Assembly: GCA_037379345.1 (NCBI GenBank)
Contig: CM074525.1
Location: 18,154,618 to 18,218,617, forward strand
Direction: 5' to 3'
From: Perna viridis
Lineage: Eukaryota
Length of the DNA stretch: 64,000 bases
The notes beneath the pieces are model-generated. The model saw only the letters and a program-made list of their open reading frames with translations, was not told the origin of the DNA and made no database searches. The translations under genes were made by a program, and so were the position numbers. Of this stretch, positions 10,969 through 25,872 are shown in pieces. The stretch's first letter is position 1; every line of letters starts with the position of its first letter.

Positions 10969-13900
10969 TTTTTGTTCTATTTTAGATGGTGTAGTGTAAG
11001 TGTAAAAAAAATGTTAAAAAATCGTACTCATACTTTTCAGACTCCTTTAACCGATTTTTGCTTGTGCGAGTTTTGACAAATTGTACCCTTTTGTGTGATG
11101 CTTGTTTAAACCTTGTGGCTGTTACATCTACATGTATATTGTATGTATGGTATAGAAACTTATAAATGAATATGAAAAAAATGCCAACATCTAGACAGTC
11201 TTCATGTATATGTTTTAAGGTATGCAAAAAAAGGTATTTCAGATGGCCGAGAAACCCTGTATAATTCCAGCATGACTTTGCAAAAAAGATAATGTTCATA
11301 AAGTTAACCCAGATAAATGTAGGAGAAAATCTTCAACATCCAGAAAAAGTCCAGTAATTTTCGTATTTTCAACAGAGGATAAAATCTGTGAGTGGTTAAT
11401 GAAGACATAGTTGTATTGCTAATACAAACAAGTCTGATCTGATGAACGTTAAATTAAGTATAGAGATAGTGAGAGATACGAGCAAGGTCAGAGTCGCAGG
11501 GTGAAGTTTAATTTTCTGATCTTCCTACAAATAAACCAGGTGTATTCACTGTAGATTTATATATCATCCAAAGATCAACAGGGAGCCGACGTTTTCTACA
11601 TAACAAAGTGCATTAGAGAGATTATGGTGGTAGAATGTAGATTAAATATGATTTCTGGACTTTGAAATGAACACTTTACTGTAGATTAAATATATATTTG
11701 TATATACGATGTAATTGAGCTGTCCTCTAAATTTTTGACATGTATGGACAATGGATTCGGAGTGACTGTGATGTTATTTTTCATGACGCCATGATAATGG
11801 CCTGCAACACATTTAAGGGAAGGAAAAATCACGCTAATTCAGTTTCATGTAAATAATACATACATTGTATATACGCTTTTTGCACATTTCCATGTATAAT
11901 GAATAAAAGCGTGACAGTCAATAATTTCTAAATCTTTGATTGAGATATGTGCTTCAGTATATTGCGATCATGCACATGCACTGAAAAGTCAACCTCGGTT
12001 ACACAAACATAATCTTACTGATGAATCTAATCTTTAACGGACGGACGGATGTATAACAAATTCATAAACTCATTTGTGACGGCTGTTTTCTGTTGATTTC
12101 AGTACATGGACTTGCACAGAGTTAATACTGATTATAACGGATAGATGGGCGGTTTACAAAATGTGCATGTATAAAGCCCATGTATAATTTTTTCATTTTA
12201 AAGCTCATGACTTCCGAATTCTTTGTCTTGTGTCTCTGAATGAATGCTAGCTGGGCTTTATCAATTAGAATGATGTTGGAATTGAACCGAACCAGTCTCC
12301 AATTCCCCATGTTTAGCTTCTGACAGATAACCCCCATTGGGACGTTATTTGCAGGAGATCATTCTGGCATTGACCAAGAAATTGATACTTTCTCCCCAAA
12401 GTATGACTCTGGTCGTAATGAAATTCCTGGTATGCGTATCATTCTCTTCCAACTAAATAATTACGTTCTTCCATTATATCATTATAGAAAGAAAGGAAAA
12501 CACGCACGACCATCAAATATGTATTGTATAATTCATATAAACAGCCAGACAATATGTCTAGCCAGATCTACCCAGGACATTTTCAGGACAAAAAACATGT
12601 ACAGTACAGCTCATCCTGTTGTAGCACCTTCAACGCATCCATGGCGCGGACAGTTCTGTTAAACTTCAGTCCATATAGCATTTAAACTCTAAATTGTGTT
12701 ACCAGAACATCAAAATGTTTGCTCAGCATGTCCCATTTTTGGTGTTTGGCATTTTAGAGTTAACATGTTATTTTAAAAAAAATCAGAATCCTGTCGAGAT
12801 CACATTGCATTTAGAAATAACCACATGATTAGAGCATTGCGTCATTGCGACGAACTGAACAATATTATAAAAAGACAAGACAGAACAACAAAAGTCTGTC
12901 AGATTTCTCTATAAAGATACTAAATGCATCTGAAGTATTAGTAATCTATGGAAAAGCTATCTTTAAAATCAATTGACAGTTTTAGCTGTACGCCGCCTCA
13001 AAAGCAATCGAGTGAGCCTATTTTGTATGGAATCGAGTTGACCGCGGTTCACCAGTGACATGTTTTTGTAGGTTTAACTAGCAGTTTAGAGACAACCATA
13101 TAAAACTCGATTGATTTTGTTTCATCTGTAATTACACCTAAACTGACAGACCATATGTATTATAGATGTCTATTGCACGCTCTTTGGTAGTAATATTATA
13201 CATTATACTCGCTGTGGAGATGGTCAGAAATAGTTCTTCTGAGAGAGGAGCGATTCATCATACTGACTGCGGAAATATGCGATATGACTGTAAATAAGGA
13301 TATTACTATAATTTTTGTAGCATCTATGAAACGTCCATGCATTTACTTAGACATTCATCGGCTAAGAAGTCACACTTTCCTATAGATGATCAAATTATTG
13401 TAGGTAGCTGAAGAATAACCATGTAATGCAATAGCAAAGCAATGAAAATGGATATTGAAAACCAAGAATAACATATATATATATCACATTAATACGCCGT
13501 ACTTCTATATTTTGACTTGTCTTAATTGTTTTCCACAATTAATTCAGTTCTAATTTTTGATGAAACACCCCTTTCTCGTTTTCATTCAGATTCCTTATCA
13601 TTTGCTTATGTGTGCCTTTGCTAAAGGTACAGTCACCCACAGCGTGCGTTATTCGGCTTCTGAATCTATGTTTTGATCTTGAACTTTATAAGTTTTATGC
13701 TAAGAAGATTAATATGTGTTTTGCGAAGTTTCGTAAGTCTTCCAATTTACTGCCCGGGTCGTTGTTGGGTGATAACTTGAAATTCCCTTCACCACATCCT
13801 TGTGTTCCAATACAGACCAAGGGGGATGTATAAAAACGTTATATGTCAATTATGTAAGGCTCGGGTCTCTTGAATCCCCATGAACCCTCTTGGATACCAG

Positions 13901-15404
13901 AAATGTGCACCGTCATTAGCCCCGACAGAACAAAGAACAAAGAAATCTATAGACATTTGCATAACAATTTCTCAGGTGTATAGAATTTAATAATTCTGAT
14001 ATATTAATTTTAATAGCCTTACCGGCTTGTCTAGTTTGACGGAACTGGCGTGCATACCGAACAATCGATCATTTCTGTTTAATAAGCTATTTAATTTTTT
14101 ACTTTGTTCAACACATAACAATTGGGCTTTTAAACTTGAAAATAAGTATATAATTGTCCCGACCCACTCCACAACAGAAAGGACTTGTCTTGTTTCGGTT
14201 TTATCTACCTATAAAATTTTATTAAACCCTTATTTAAAGTTTCCACACAAATCCGATTTTGTTCTGTACAAGAAATAATATTGGCGTTGCTACAAGGCCG
14301 TACATTGTCCGTGACTAAAAAGCAGAAGATGTCGAAATCGGTCGAATCGTCACCCTATACCTTTCGGAAATTGCAAACTTCGCCATCATTCAGGTGTATC
14401 CATCGGTAACATTTTTTTAACCCAAACAATATGTATAGTATATGTTTGCATTCAATGAATCCAATATTTTCCCCAATGGAATAATTTACTTCGTTTTCAT
14501 AGACAACTCATAAAGCCTCGTATCGTACAAAAAAAAAGCAAACGAAAAAAATGAAAGGATGCCTTTCAAACATGATTCGATCCTTTGAAGGCTTATTCGA
14601 TTACGTTGAGGTCAATACACTTGGTAGTTATTATTTTAGGATAACCCTGCAACATCGACCATGTAGTGAAACAGACGCTTTGGACTCTTTAGAAGCAACC
14701 TATATTGTTTTTAAAAATTTGGTGTGACCATATGCTGTCGAACATTGGAATTATTTGGGACATATCTAGTATACATTTGGTCATGAGTGGAAGGGCTTCA
14801 TTAAATAAATCGTAAAATGTCAGAAAATGGCCATAACTTGACATACATTAGCACTGGAAAGGTGTGAAATTATCACCATAATCAACGCTCAGAACTGACG
14901 ACTAAAAGAGTGTAACAAATATTATTCTGCCTCTAGGCGTACATCTTAATTAAGTTAACACTTCACTGTGTAAAACATGCGATCTTTATGTCATAAGATA
15001 TATCAAATGAGACCTGATTGATTTACCGGTAATTTGTTGAATTAATTTGAGACATAATATACTTTTGCTGCCTTCAGGGGCTTATTGTTCGTCCATTTGA
15101 AAGGTATGCATTTTAAAATACCACATCTACTTGTCCTTTGAAGCGTAAAATCGTCACTTTACTCCAGTGTTAAGGCCAAGAACTAGCACGAACAACACGT
15201 GCATATCAAAACTATCATACCTCACAGTAACGTATATCTCTTTTTGGAAGAAGGAAACGAACTGCCTGATACCACAATATCTCATTGTTCCATTATGGTT
15301 TAACATGTTACAAGTGTGTTCTAAATGCATTAATTTGCATGATACTTAAAACCCATATGTACCGTAATCGTCCGTATTACGCGTTGTTTATAACTACATT
15401 AATA

Positions 15405-15580
15405 GCAGTGCTGGATGGGAGGGTTAGGCTACCTGGGGTCGAACAATTTTGTAAATTTATGCAAAGGCTTGGCAAATATTATGAGCAAATAGTACCAATA
15501 TTTTGGAACCCCCTTTTTTCTGAGACCCCCCCTCCCAGTATTGGGTGGAAGCCCCCTTATCAAAATATCTGGATCCGCCA
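15405..15580. mobile_element. Family E MITE-like remnant
   Basis: CAGTGCTGGATG ... CCCCCTTATCAAAATATCTGGATCCGCC, with internal C/G runs. Confidence 0.5.
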
Positions 15581-17157
15581 AAGCATATTTAGTCTACATT
15601 GACATAAAATTTCAAGCTCCTCTGTTTATTTTATGGATAGTTGTGGAATAAAATAACTATTCCATCCTTACAGTTTTTGTATTACACAATTTAACAACTA
15701 CAGATGTAAATATTTCCACTTAAGGTGTTCCTGTGGTTACAGTAAGTGCAATTTTAAATTCATTGTTTTTTTCTATAATTCATATCTGTTTGCATAAGTA
15801 ATCATTAAACATTTAGAATTGCTATGCTTTTACATAAACTCAACCAAAACAACTAGGATTGCATTTCTTCAGGCAAAGAAGCCTTTACTTACATAAAAAA
15901 GTAAATCATCACCAATTATGATGCCCAGAGAATAATATGACATTTAAGATGAAATGTTAATATTATGTTAGTATTTATATTAAATATGAAATTACATATA
16001 CCTGTAATTAAGTAGGAAAGAACTTCCTTATGTCACTTGACTGACAATGAACTTATTTTTCCGAGAAGGGAAGCACAATTTTATTTACATTTAGTTATAC
16101 AGAGTTCATTGACAGTGAAATAATAGGTTATCTAGTTTAGGCAATGTTCTAAAATTGAAAGGATAAATAATATTTCCATTCACTTCTCGACCCCCACTTT
16201 CAAATATAATGTTAGTATACAGGCCTGTTAATGTGTTGTTATAACCATAGCTTTTTTTGTGTGCTGATGTTTTTGGGACAAAATATTTTGACTGTCATAA
16301 TTCTTCAATTTTAACAGTTTTTAGTGTTTTTAGGTCCAGACTCCAGAGGGTAATTATTGCCCAAATTCCCCTGTCTATTGGCGTGGAGTACTAACTTACA
16401 TAAACTATTGGTTAAATTGTTACTGTTGAATTTTACCATCTCTTTGATTATGCACATCTTCATAACAGATTTTGTAGGTCATGCACCCATTTATTTATAT
16501 TCCAGATTTCTTGATTGCAAATTGAATTTTTTTCAAAAATATAGATAGATCAAAATTTTGATAGGTCAATAACTGTTAAGATATTCTGTATCTATTACTT
16601 GTTTCTGATTATAATGGCATATACCTTGTATTTTCGTGGTTTAAGTTGAAATGGTGCCATGTTTCTGATTTGGGAGCACCTGTCAGTGCATGCATATGTT
16701 GATCTGCTATTAGAAAATTATCTAAAAAAAAGGATATCTATGTAAAACCTACATCATCGTAACTTAAATTAGAAAACTTAAAATTGAAAAGAAAATATAG
16801 GATACATGCAGCAATATGTATACCAAGTTAAAACACTTGTAACATAAAGCTAAAAATTAAAGGTTTCTTTAGAAAAATGCAGTTTTTAATGGTAAAAAGA
16901 GTTAAGTTGTTTGGAGGGACTTCCAGTTGTTGTTTCTAACACAAGACTCCAGGTATCAAAGCCAGGCATCCCTTTAATAGTCCCAGCATTAAAAGACTAT
17001 TATTTTGTTGTTATCAATGTATTAATATCTTGACAGCCAGGGATAACTATATTGGGATAAAAACCTTAATGTGTCAACAATGATTTCCTTTATTTAGGAA
17101 GAAAGGGCATACTCATTTGTTATAATGGGTTACTCAATCACTTGTTGTTGTAAATAT

Positions 17158-17511
17158 TGTGCTGAATATTGTACAGATACACATTTTGAAGTATTAGACC
17201 CATTTGGGACTCTTGAAAACATTCTTCTGATAAATGTTTGCTCATTTCTCTAAGATGTTGAAGTTGAATTTCGTGTAGCTTTCTATCTATGGAATTGATT
17301 TTTTTAGTATTTCAATTATTTAAAACCGATTTCTATGTGCTGAATATTGTACAGATACACATTTTGAAGTTATAGACCCATTTGGGACTTTTGCAAATAT
17401 TCTGCTGATAAATGTTTGCTCATTTCTCTAGGCTGTTCAAGCTGAATTTTTTTGTAGCTCTATTTATGGAGTTGATTTTTTAGTATTTCAATTATTCAAA
17501 ACTGATTTCTA
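17158..17511 (+). repeat. Tandem duplication, about 178-bp unit x2
   Basis: TGTGCTGAATATTGTACAGATACACATTTTGAAG... starts at 17158 and again at 17336. The copies are diverged but collinear. Confidence 0.93.
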
Positions 17512-17849
17512 ATGTACATGTATTATTTTCTATGACATTGTCATAAGTAGATTCTGTTTTTTTTTTTTTTTTTTACAGATGTGGGAGTGGGTGTGGGGAT
17601 GAATGCTTTGATCAGAATTAGAGGGGTCTTGTACCAATTGGCACATTTCCCATTAAACTCAGGAAATGTTTATGATTGAACTGAAATACACCCTCAAAAA
17701 TTTTAATCCCATTTACAAGGATTTTGTGTGATGGTGTGTAGTAACTGTTGTTGAGTGAAGGTTGGGCTGCTATGTCCAATTCATCAGTGAAAATTTTAGT
17801 CACTTAAGCATGGAATGTTTCTATCATAAACATGTTGTAAGTGTCCGTT

Positions 17850-18194
17850 ATAGGGTATGTAAGTCTTGTTCTAGTTCCATTTTCTTTACCAGAATTTCTG
17901 ATGTAGAACATATTGAAAGCCATAGACCGATCTGTATTTTATTGTTTGCTTCCAGGTACTCCAAAGGCTGTATAACAATGCAAAATCTTCTAGTTTATGT
18001 TTTTTCTTACTACATTTATCATGTAGAAATAGTTATTTGTCATTTTTATCGTGATTTTTTTACACAGAAAGATTTTTGCACTTAACACTGAACTCAACAC
18101 TCGCTAAATGACAAATCTCCATACTTTTGAATAGTAGACTAGGACCCATTCTCGTGAAATTACGGGGTCACATGATGAGACTTACATACCCTAT
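17850..18194. mobile_element. MITE family C, copy 1 (17-bp TIRs)
   Basis: Perfect TIR ATAGGGTATGTAAGTCT ... AGACTTACATACCCTAT. An inverted homologue lies at 55583-55920. Confidence 0.88.
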
Positions 18195-18820
18195 TCACTA
18201 TAGCAGGCAGGAAAAATAGTGTGCTCTGACTGTAAGTATTTGCCCCCATTTTTATCTAAATCTTATGGAGATTCTTTTTATGAAAATATATTTACTTACA
18301 AATGTATATGAATGGATTATACATGATTTAACGACTACATGTACATGTATATATCTTTTATATGATATTTCCTTCAACATATTGAACTAGTTACTGTAAT
18401 ACAAAGTGATAAGTAATGTGATATTAATCTATTTTATTTGAATTCTTGACGTATAAATTTACAATGGAAGATTTCACCATCTGTCTTAATGGGTTTATAG
18501 TTAGTATAATATGTTGTTTGATAGTTAATGATAACCCTTTGTGTGGGGAGGTAACATGCTGGGGGCGAGGTTAACTGGATGGAAAAAACAGCAGGAAAAA
18601 AATCAACAATTTTCAAGTCTTGGTGTGGGGTTATATATTTTCTTGAGATTAGAAGGTTATGGAGAGCTTAAAAAAAATGGAACTCTTTGACTTGGTAAAT
18701 TAAAAGTGCTGGATAGAGGGCTATTATCATACTTATATTAGAAAAAGCCAGGGGAAGGGGCTGCTACTAGCAATTCTTACAAGTCTGTTAAAAACTGTTT
18801 TGTCTACTAGTATACAGTCA

Positions 18821-19023
18821 ACAGTGAAAGTACTTTAATTCTTGGATACCAAATTTCATGGATGAGGGAAGAACCACAATTCGTGGATTCTTCAATTGAT
18901 AGTTTTTAGGTTTTCAGTACATCTATAGAATCTCCTTTTTGATGAGAACCAAATTTCCTAGTTAGGCCTAGCCACGAAAACGAAGAGAAACGGTACCCCA
19001 CAAATAATATTACTTTCACAGTA
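18821..19023. mobile_element. MITE family D (Tc1/mariner-like ends), copy 1
   Basis: Ends ACAGTGAAAGTA ... TACTTTCACAGTA. Homologous to 40426-40613. Confidence 0.7.
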
Positions 19024-20407
19024 GAAAATTCTTAAGGGGTTTAGAAGTTTTTTTGTACTGCTTAAACTGTTTATATATTTTTGAAAGATGAGTAAAATGG
19101 AGCCCCAAAACAAGCATGTTTTGAATGTCTTAACAGTTGTGTGGATCTATTTGAAATTGAACCATGAGGTCACTGTCCATATGCAAATTAAGCTTGGATT
19201 GAACTTCTGGATTGAAACATTCAATGAATTATGGGCTTCTTTCAAGTCAGTTATAAAAAAAACTTTTTGTCTATTAGCCTTTGGAGTTTGAAAATTGAAA
19301 ATTATATGATATTTATGTAAATCATCATTGAATTGCACAAGCCTGAGTCAATTTTAAAAATTTTTGGTTGTAAGCATAACATTTTGATCAACTAAAACAC
19401 AGAGCCTTATATGAGGGAAAGATAAAATTCATTAAATTGGCGTCCATTACACCCCTGTTAAAAATCATTTATACATTCCCAAGATTTAAGGATATAGAAA
19501 CTTTACAATATACACATTATGAAGAAAGTTATATCAGTGGATTTGTTTTTAAGGACACCCCAAGTTGGATGTCAACATAGAAATTCTTCTGTTGCTACCG
19601 ATTATAACCCACCAGACTAGGATAACTCCCAAGTCAAATAGAATGGCTTTGAATTTTAATTATTCTAGACGATTTTGATAAATATGGATTTGTGATGTGG
19701 TTGTAAATATTTAATTATGATGTCATTTTGAGGGTCTCTATGGATATCTGGGTTAAGCTGCCATGGAAAAAACTTGTTGTGGCAAAAAATTGGATTATGC
19801 AATGGAAATTTTGGTAGCTATGTAAAATTTTTAACAAGGTTGATCGTTTAAACTCACCATAGTGATATTGTTACATAGTTCATTGTACGTCTCAAATTCA
19901 TACATGGTTTAAATAATTACAAGAACTTACTTTCCCATTATGTTGAATATTGAATTTCAGTTCTAAAAATGACATTGGAAATTTTGAATGGATGTCCAGA
20001 AAAAAAAATTCAGGGGGTTCAAGTCTACTATTTGCTTATTCTGCCAAATTTTATGCAAATTTTATTAACTAAATTTTCCAACTTAGGACTCCCCTTTTTC
20101 CAGGATTCACCACTGACACGCATAAAAATCACCTGTAAATCTGTGATTTCATGTTGTAAATGTCTACATTTGTTTTAGTTTAATAAACATAGAATCCTGG
20201 TCACCATACTATTACTTGGGAGACATACCATAAAAATGGTATTGAATATCTACAGCTATGAAACAGTAGGTAATAAAGTTAGATAAATTAGTCAACTTAA
20301 TTGAGTAAAATTCCTTTTGGTGTCTTAAATTGTTATATGATCATAATTCTTTAATCTATGTTATGGCAGAGAATAGAGAATTTCAATCAAATAAACCTTT
20401 GGTAATT

Positions 20408-20587
20408 TCCATGCTCCCAGTTTTTAGTGGAGTCCGAGTTGCTCATTTACTTTTGTTACTTTGTATGTATGATTTTAGTTACTTTATTTTCTTTGTTGTG
20501 CATGTCTGTTTTCCATGTCTGGTCTTTGTCCCTGGAATATATTCTTTTGATTACCGCTATAACCTTGGTTCCCTTGATTACTCTTTA
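20408..20587. mobile_element. Interspersed repeat family A, copy 2 (truncated, inverted relative to copies 1 and 3)
   Basis: Reverse complement of about 3395-3572. Confidence 0.85.
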
Positions 20588-20730
20588 ACATAATCAAAAT
20601 GAAGGATTTTGTTTTGACTTCATCCATACCTTTGTACTGGTACATGTATTTAGATATATCATGGCTTTTACTTGTTTTATTTGATGAAAACTTTGCATGA
20701 AATTCAATATATATGTTAAGCTTAAACCTC

Positions 20731-21943
20731 TTCTAACAATGGTGGATCAGGGATGGTGAGGGTGGGGGATCTGAGGAGGGGAAAATAAAATATAACACCA
20801 TATCATATACATGTCACGTTGATATTTAAAAAATGCCTTAAGTCAGATGGTTTTAAAAGTAATTCATAATCTCTAACAGTGGTGGATCAGGGATGGTGGG
20901 GAGGGGGGGATCTGAGGAGGGGAAAATAAAATATAACACCATATCATATACATGTCACTTTGATATTTAAAAAATGCCTTAAGTCAGATGGTTTTAAAAG
21001 TAATTCATAATCTCTAACAGTGGTGGATCAGGGATGGTGGGGTTGGGGGGGATCTGAGGAGGGGAAAATAAAATATAACACCATATCAAACATTAAATGG
21101 GTCCTTTTGGTAGACCTTTGTACCATACTAAATATGACATCAGTATCTATCAAAATTGTTAATACATGTACATGTATAAAAGATCATGTCCATACCTGTG
21201 TTGAATATATATCAGAACATTTCAAGTACATGTACCTGGCTGAATGGGTCAGAGGTCAAAAGAAAATATTAATCTTTCTGGTTTAATACATGTAGTTAGT
21301 AAATTTGATGGCTGCACTTACTGTTTTATTGTTTGATTCAACACCCTTTGGCAGATATTTAAATCATTTTAGGACATCAGTTGAATAGATTCTGCTTTGT
21401 ACTAGTTCAACCTTTACTTTTCTGTTTGATCATTACTACTGCATACACATGTCAGGTTGATATTAAAAAAAATGCTTAAGTCAGATGGTTTTTAAAATTA
21501 ATTCATAACCTCTAACAATGGTGGATCAGGGATGGTGGGGGTAGGGGATCTGGGGAGGGGAAAATAAAATATAATACCATATCATATACATATACATGTC
21601 ACTTTGGTATTAAAGAAATGCTTTAAGTCAGGTGGTTTTAAAATTAATTCATAACCTCTAACAATGGTGGATCAGGGATGGTGGGGGTGGGTGGGATCTG
21701 AGGAGGGGAAAATAAAATATAACACCATATCATATACATGTTACTTTGATATTTAAAAAATACCTGAAGTCAGATGGTTTTACAATTAATTCATAACCTC
21801 TAACAATTGTGGATCAGGGATGGTGGGGGTGGGGGATCAGAGGAGGGGAAAATAAAATATAACACCATATCATATACATACACATGTCACTTTAATATTA
21901 AAACAATGCTTAAGTCAGACGGTTTTTAAAATTAATTCATAAC
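20731..21943 (+). repeat. About 140-bp tandem array (3 units, interruption, 3+ units) with a G-rich core
   Basis: Units starting CTCTAACAATGGTGGATCAGGGATGGTGGGGGTGGGGGATCTGAGGAGGGGAAAATAAAATATAACACC at about 20731, 20871, 21012, 21510, 21656 and 21798. Unique interruption at about 21090-21440. Confidence 0.95.
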
Positions 21944-24900
21944 TTTCTTGTTTTATATTTAGGTAATTAATTTCTATAGTTATCTTCTTTTATTTCTAAG
22001 TGGATGAATGTTTGAATGACAAAATAAAGTCTACTTAAATTAAGTGCAATAAATTTGAAAATTTATGGTCATTTGATTGCTATAACAAGTAGCTATCTAC
22101 ATTGATATGATACCATATAAACCTCAGACTTCCCCCTCAATCTTGAGAAATTTATGAATTGTTGTTCTAAAACTTTTGAAAGTTATGAACAATCCACTTG
22201 ATGACCATATTAGTATATACACAATCAAACAGTCAAAACTGTCAATATATAGACGGTATCTTATCGGTATTGTATTTACACTCAACATAAAATGTTTGTA
22301 GAATAAACGGTATGGTTTTGTTGACTTATCTAAATGGCGTTTAAGTGCCATGTAAGGGTCAAATGACCTCAATGATTTAATGTAGCGACAGTTCTTAATT
22401 TGACTTAAAACATTTAAAATAAATTAGGTTCTGATATGTTTTACATAGGTTTGGGAGGAGTCTGAAATGGTTGGAGGTTCAATATGTAAAATAAATTTAA
22501 AGGGGTTGCTTGTTTTACTGTTGGTGAACCCTTGGTTGGAGTAAACAACAGGGTAGGAATTTCACTCAAATTCAAGCCAGTTCTGAATACAATTTTTCAA
22601 TATATTTACTCTATGGCTGTATAGATAGATTTTTGCTAAAATTAGTCAGCCCTGCCAAGAAATTGCCAGTCTTGGGCTGTCTAACTCTGTAAACAAATGA
22701 GTTTAAAATCATCTCTGAATATATATGCCTTGATATATACATAATCAAATTTCCCGATAATTATGACAATTTTTGCTATATAATTAACTCATTTTTATTC
22801 CTGATATGGAATAATATCTTAACCTGTTTTCTTTATTATGACCCTATGTACTCGACAAATGATAATAGAACTATCATTAATGAGGAAAAAAAATGAATTT
22901 TTTTGTGTATGATGTCTAAATGTCTAAATTTTTCTAAAGCCATGACACATTTTTAACGTAATCTGTTGGTGCAAACCATTTTCATGGACTACTAATCCAT
23001 TTATTCCAATGATTAACAGGATATTATATTGCTAATATTTTATGTAAAGAGATATGGTCGTTACAGGTGTAATTACCTGGCTATGACATTAAAGACTAGC
23101 TAATCACATTTCATATCATACTGGTTTGTATATTAACTCATGTAGAGGTGTCAGTTTCAAAGATTTTTATTCTGTCAATGTTGAAAGATGGAGCTTGGAT
23201 GTTTGTTTATTAACTTTTAGGAGAAATTTGTTTATAGTTTCTTCACCTAAATGTGACCTATGAGTTCCCTGATATTTAAAGATATTTTTATACATACACT
23301 TGATTTCGTTATATCAATTTTAACACACTATCAATTTCACTTTGGTGTAGTTTGTGTGAAAATAAGCAGTGTTTCTAAACTAACACGAGACCTGTTTAAG
23401 TACTTCTCCATCTAAGAATCAGGCAGAATGTGTATATTGTGTGGCACATGAAGGAAAAACCAAGTATTTATATCTGATGATCTCCAGAAATACTCAAAAT
23501 TGTTTGTATATAAATTTGCCTTTTTAAGATATTGATGTCAAATTTAATTGAAATACACTATGGAAAAATAGTGGGAAAATTTTCTTACACTTTTTTTATA
23601 TGAGCAGTCTAAAATATTATTGTCACAGATGTAAATAGCTTTTCAGTTGTTTTTTAGATGTATAATGATATATATATTAGAGGTACAGACCAAATTGAGA
23701 ATTATGATGTCAACCATTGCCTGATTCTTACACAGAATGGTAATTAAAAGCTTTGCATTCAAGACCTACAAATCGATATTCAGGAATAATCCGTTTCCTT
23801 TTGTTACTAAAATAATGTGCAAGTAAGACAAAAGAAAAAAATAGACTTTCTCAAAACACCACCCCTAAAACAAAAAAAAAAAAAAAAAAAACTAAGGTGA
23901 ATGGTTATACTTACAATTGCTGACGACACATTGGTAAATATTTGCAGTTTCATGTTTTTTTTTCTAACTTACCAGTGGTGTTTGTACTCCTGAAGGGCAT
24001 TTAAGGTCGAAGATGATGCCAGGTCATTGCTCAATGTTTTGAAAATCTTTTACCAACAGTTAATCAGTCATTAGCTTTATCTCTTTGATTTTACCGGATC
24101 TATGAATGACTGATACAATCTTTTATCAAAAAGATACAATTTCAAAGAGCAAATCAGGATTTAGAGATAAAAAAGTTTCTCATGTTAGGGGCAATAATTT
24201 TATTATAAGGGGGATGATGGTCGATTGCTGTGAAACTTGTCTAAACCAAACCCTTCCATGACATTGAAATTGGTTTACTGTATATGTATTTGTTTTTATG
24301 GGGTGAATGGTGGTTAGGGGCAACTGTTTAATTTTTAGGAGATGGTGGCTCAGGGTAATGCAGCTATTTGCGTTTTAGGATGATGATGATGATGATGGAT
24401 TGGGCAACCATTTGGGTTTTAGAGGAGTGATGGTTGCTACTGAAGGGCAATCATTTTGTTCATGGCGAGAGGCAATCATTTAGTATTTAGGACTAAGGTG
24501 GTGTTTCGTTACCAGGGGCAATCGTTTATGTCTATCCTATGAACATCATTATCGTATACTCTCTAAGCTGGTCAATCTTAAGCCACACATCACTTTACTA
24601 AAAATCCTGTAACTTATTATTTTAACCTAATGAATATAACAGTGTATGCCCTGTAAGCTGGTCAACCTAGCCACACATCCCCGCAATGTAAATCATGTAA
24701 CTTTATTATTCTTAGCACAATCTGTTAATATTAGGCTAATAAGCCTTAACATAAACCAGATTTAAGCTATGGTCAATAATAGACTAGGCAATTAAGCTTG
24801 ATATACCAGGCAATTTACATGGGCAGGAGAAAAACAAATAGTGGACTGCTTGCTATTTTATGTGTTAATTATCTTATATAAATGATGTTTTGGTCACGGA

Positions 24901-25872
24901 GCTAGCTAATTAGAATGATATGTACAAATTATTTAGTGTAGTATGAAGAAGATAAATAGACTAATGGGATTTGGTTATGCATCAATTGTATGCCAGATAT
25001 CCTGAAATAATGTCTGTCCGTCTGTTTGTTCTGATGTTTTCACAATTAAAATGATTTTGTGTTCATTTGCTATGCAGACTTTCCTTTTTGTCTATTCCTT
25101 TTGACTATTGCTTAGAGTTAATTTGAGTAGTCATTTATTAAATTTCAATATTTCTGCAAAAGAGGAATTATTTTGAGTGAAGTCTTGAAACCTTTGTATA
25201 TTATAATTTTTGAGAAGAGTTGGGTCATAAATTAGCTTTCCCACAATGGAAACTTACAATTGTTGAAATACATTTCCTACAATAGTTAATGTGAAATAGG
25301 ACTGTTCAATACTTTTGAATTGTTGGAGATTTGAAAGATGGGATGGAACAAAAACTATATAAAAAAATTATGATTTAGCTTCTGTAACTCGTTCTATAAT
25401 CTGATATCTATTGGAACTTTTTTGACAAATACAGATTGATTATAAAAGTCATTTTATATAGGAAGATCTTTAACATTTTTATCCCAAGGTCATGACAACA
25501 TTGACTTTATAATAAGCTTATGGGAAACAATACCGGTTAGTCCAAGTGCATACCGCCAACTCATCTTAGAATGACAGTCCCGTGAGTCTCATGTCTTTGT
25601 AATTAGTTTCCTTGTTCATGTACTTAACTTTTCATAGGGAAGAAATAACAACATCATATCTTAAGGGTTTTAACTATGATTTGTCCAAAATTTCAATAGG
25701 TCTTTGACATGGGCTGATATTCCTGTTAAAAACTGTCACCAGAAATTGTTTGTTTTCCAATTATGATAAAGTTTTGGACAACCAGTGAATCTTGCGTTTT
25801 ACTTTAACAAGTTCGTTTTACTTTAACAAGTGCGTATGTTTGGAGGATTTTAAAACTAGAATATGTTTATAT

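Noticed and set aside
17762-18085. 107-aa ORF similar to the 79-aa ORF at 55739-55978
   Set aside because: The similarity comes from two copies of MITE family C, not a gene family. The same applies to the ORFs at 3405 and 20330 (family A).
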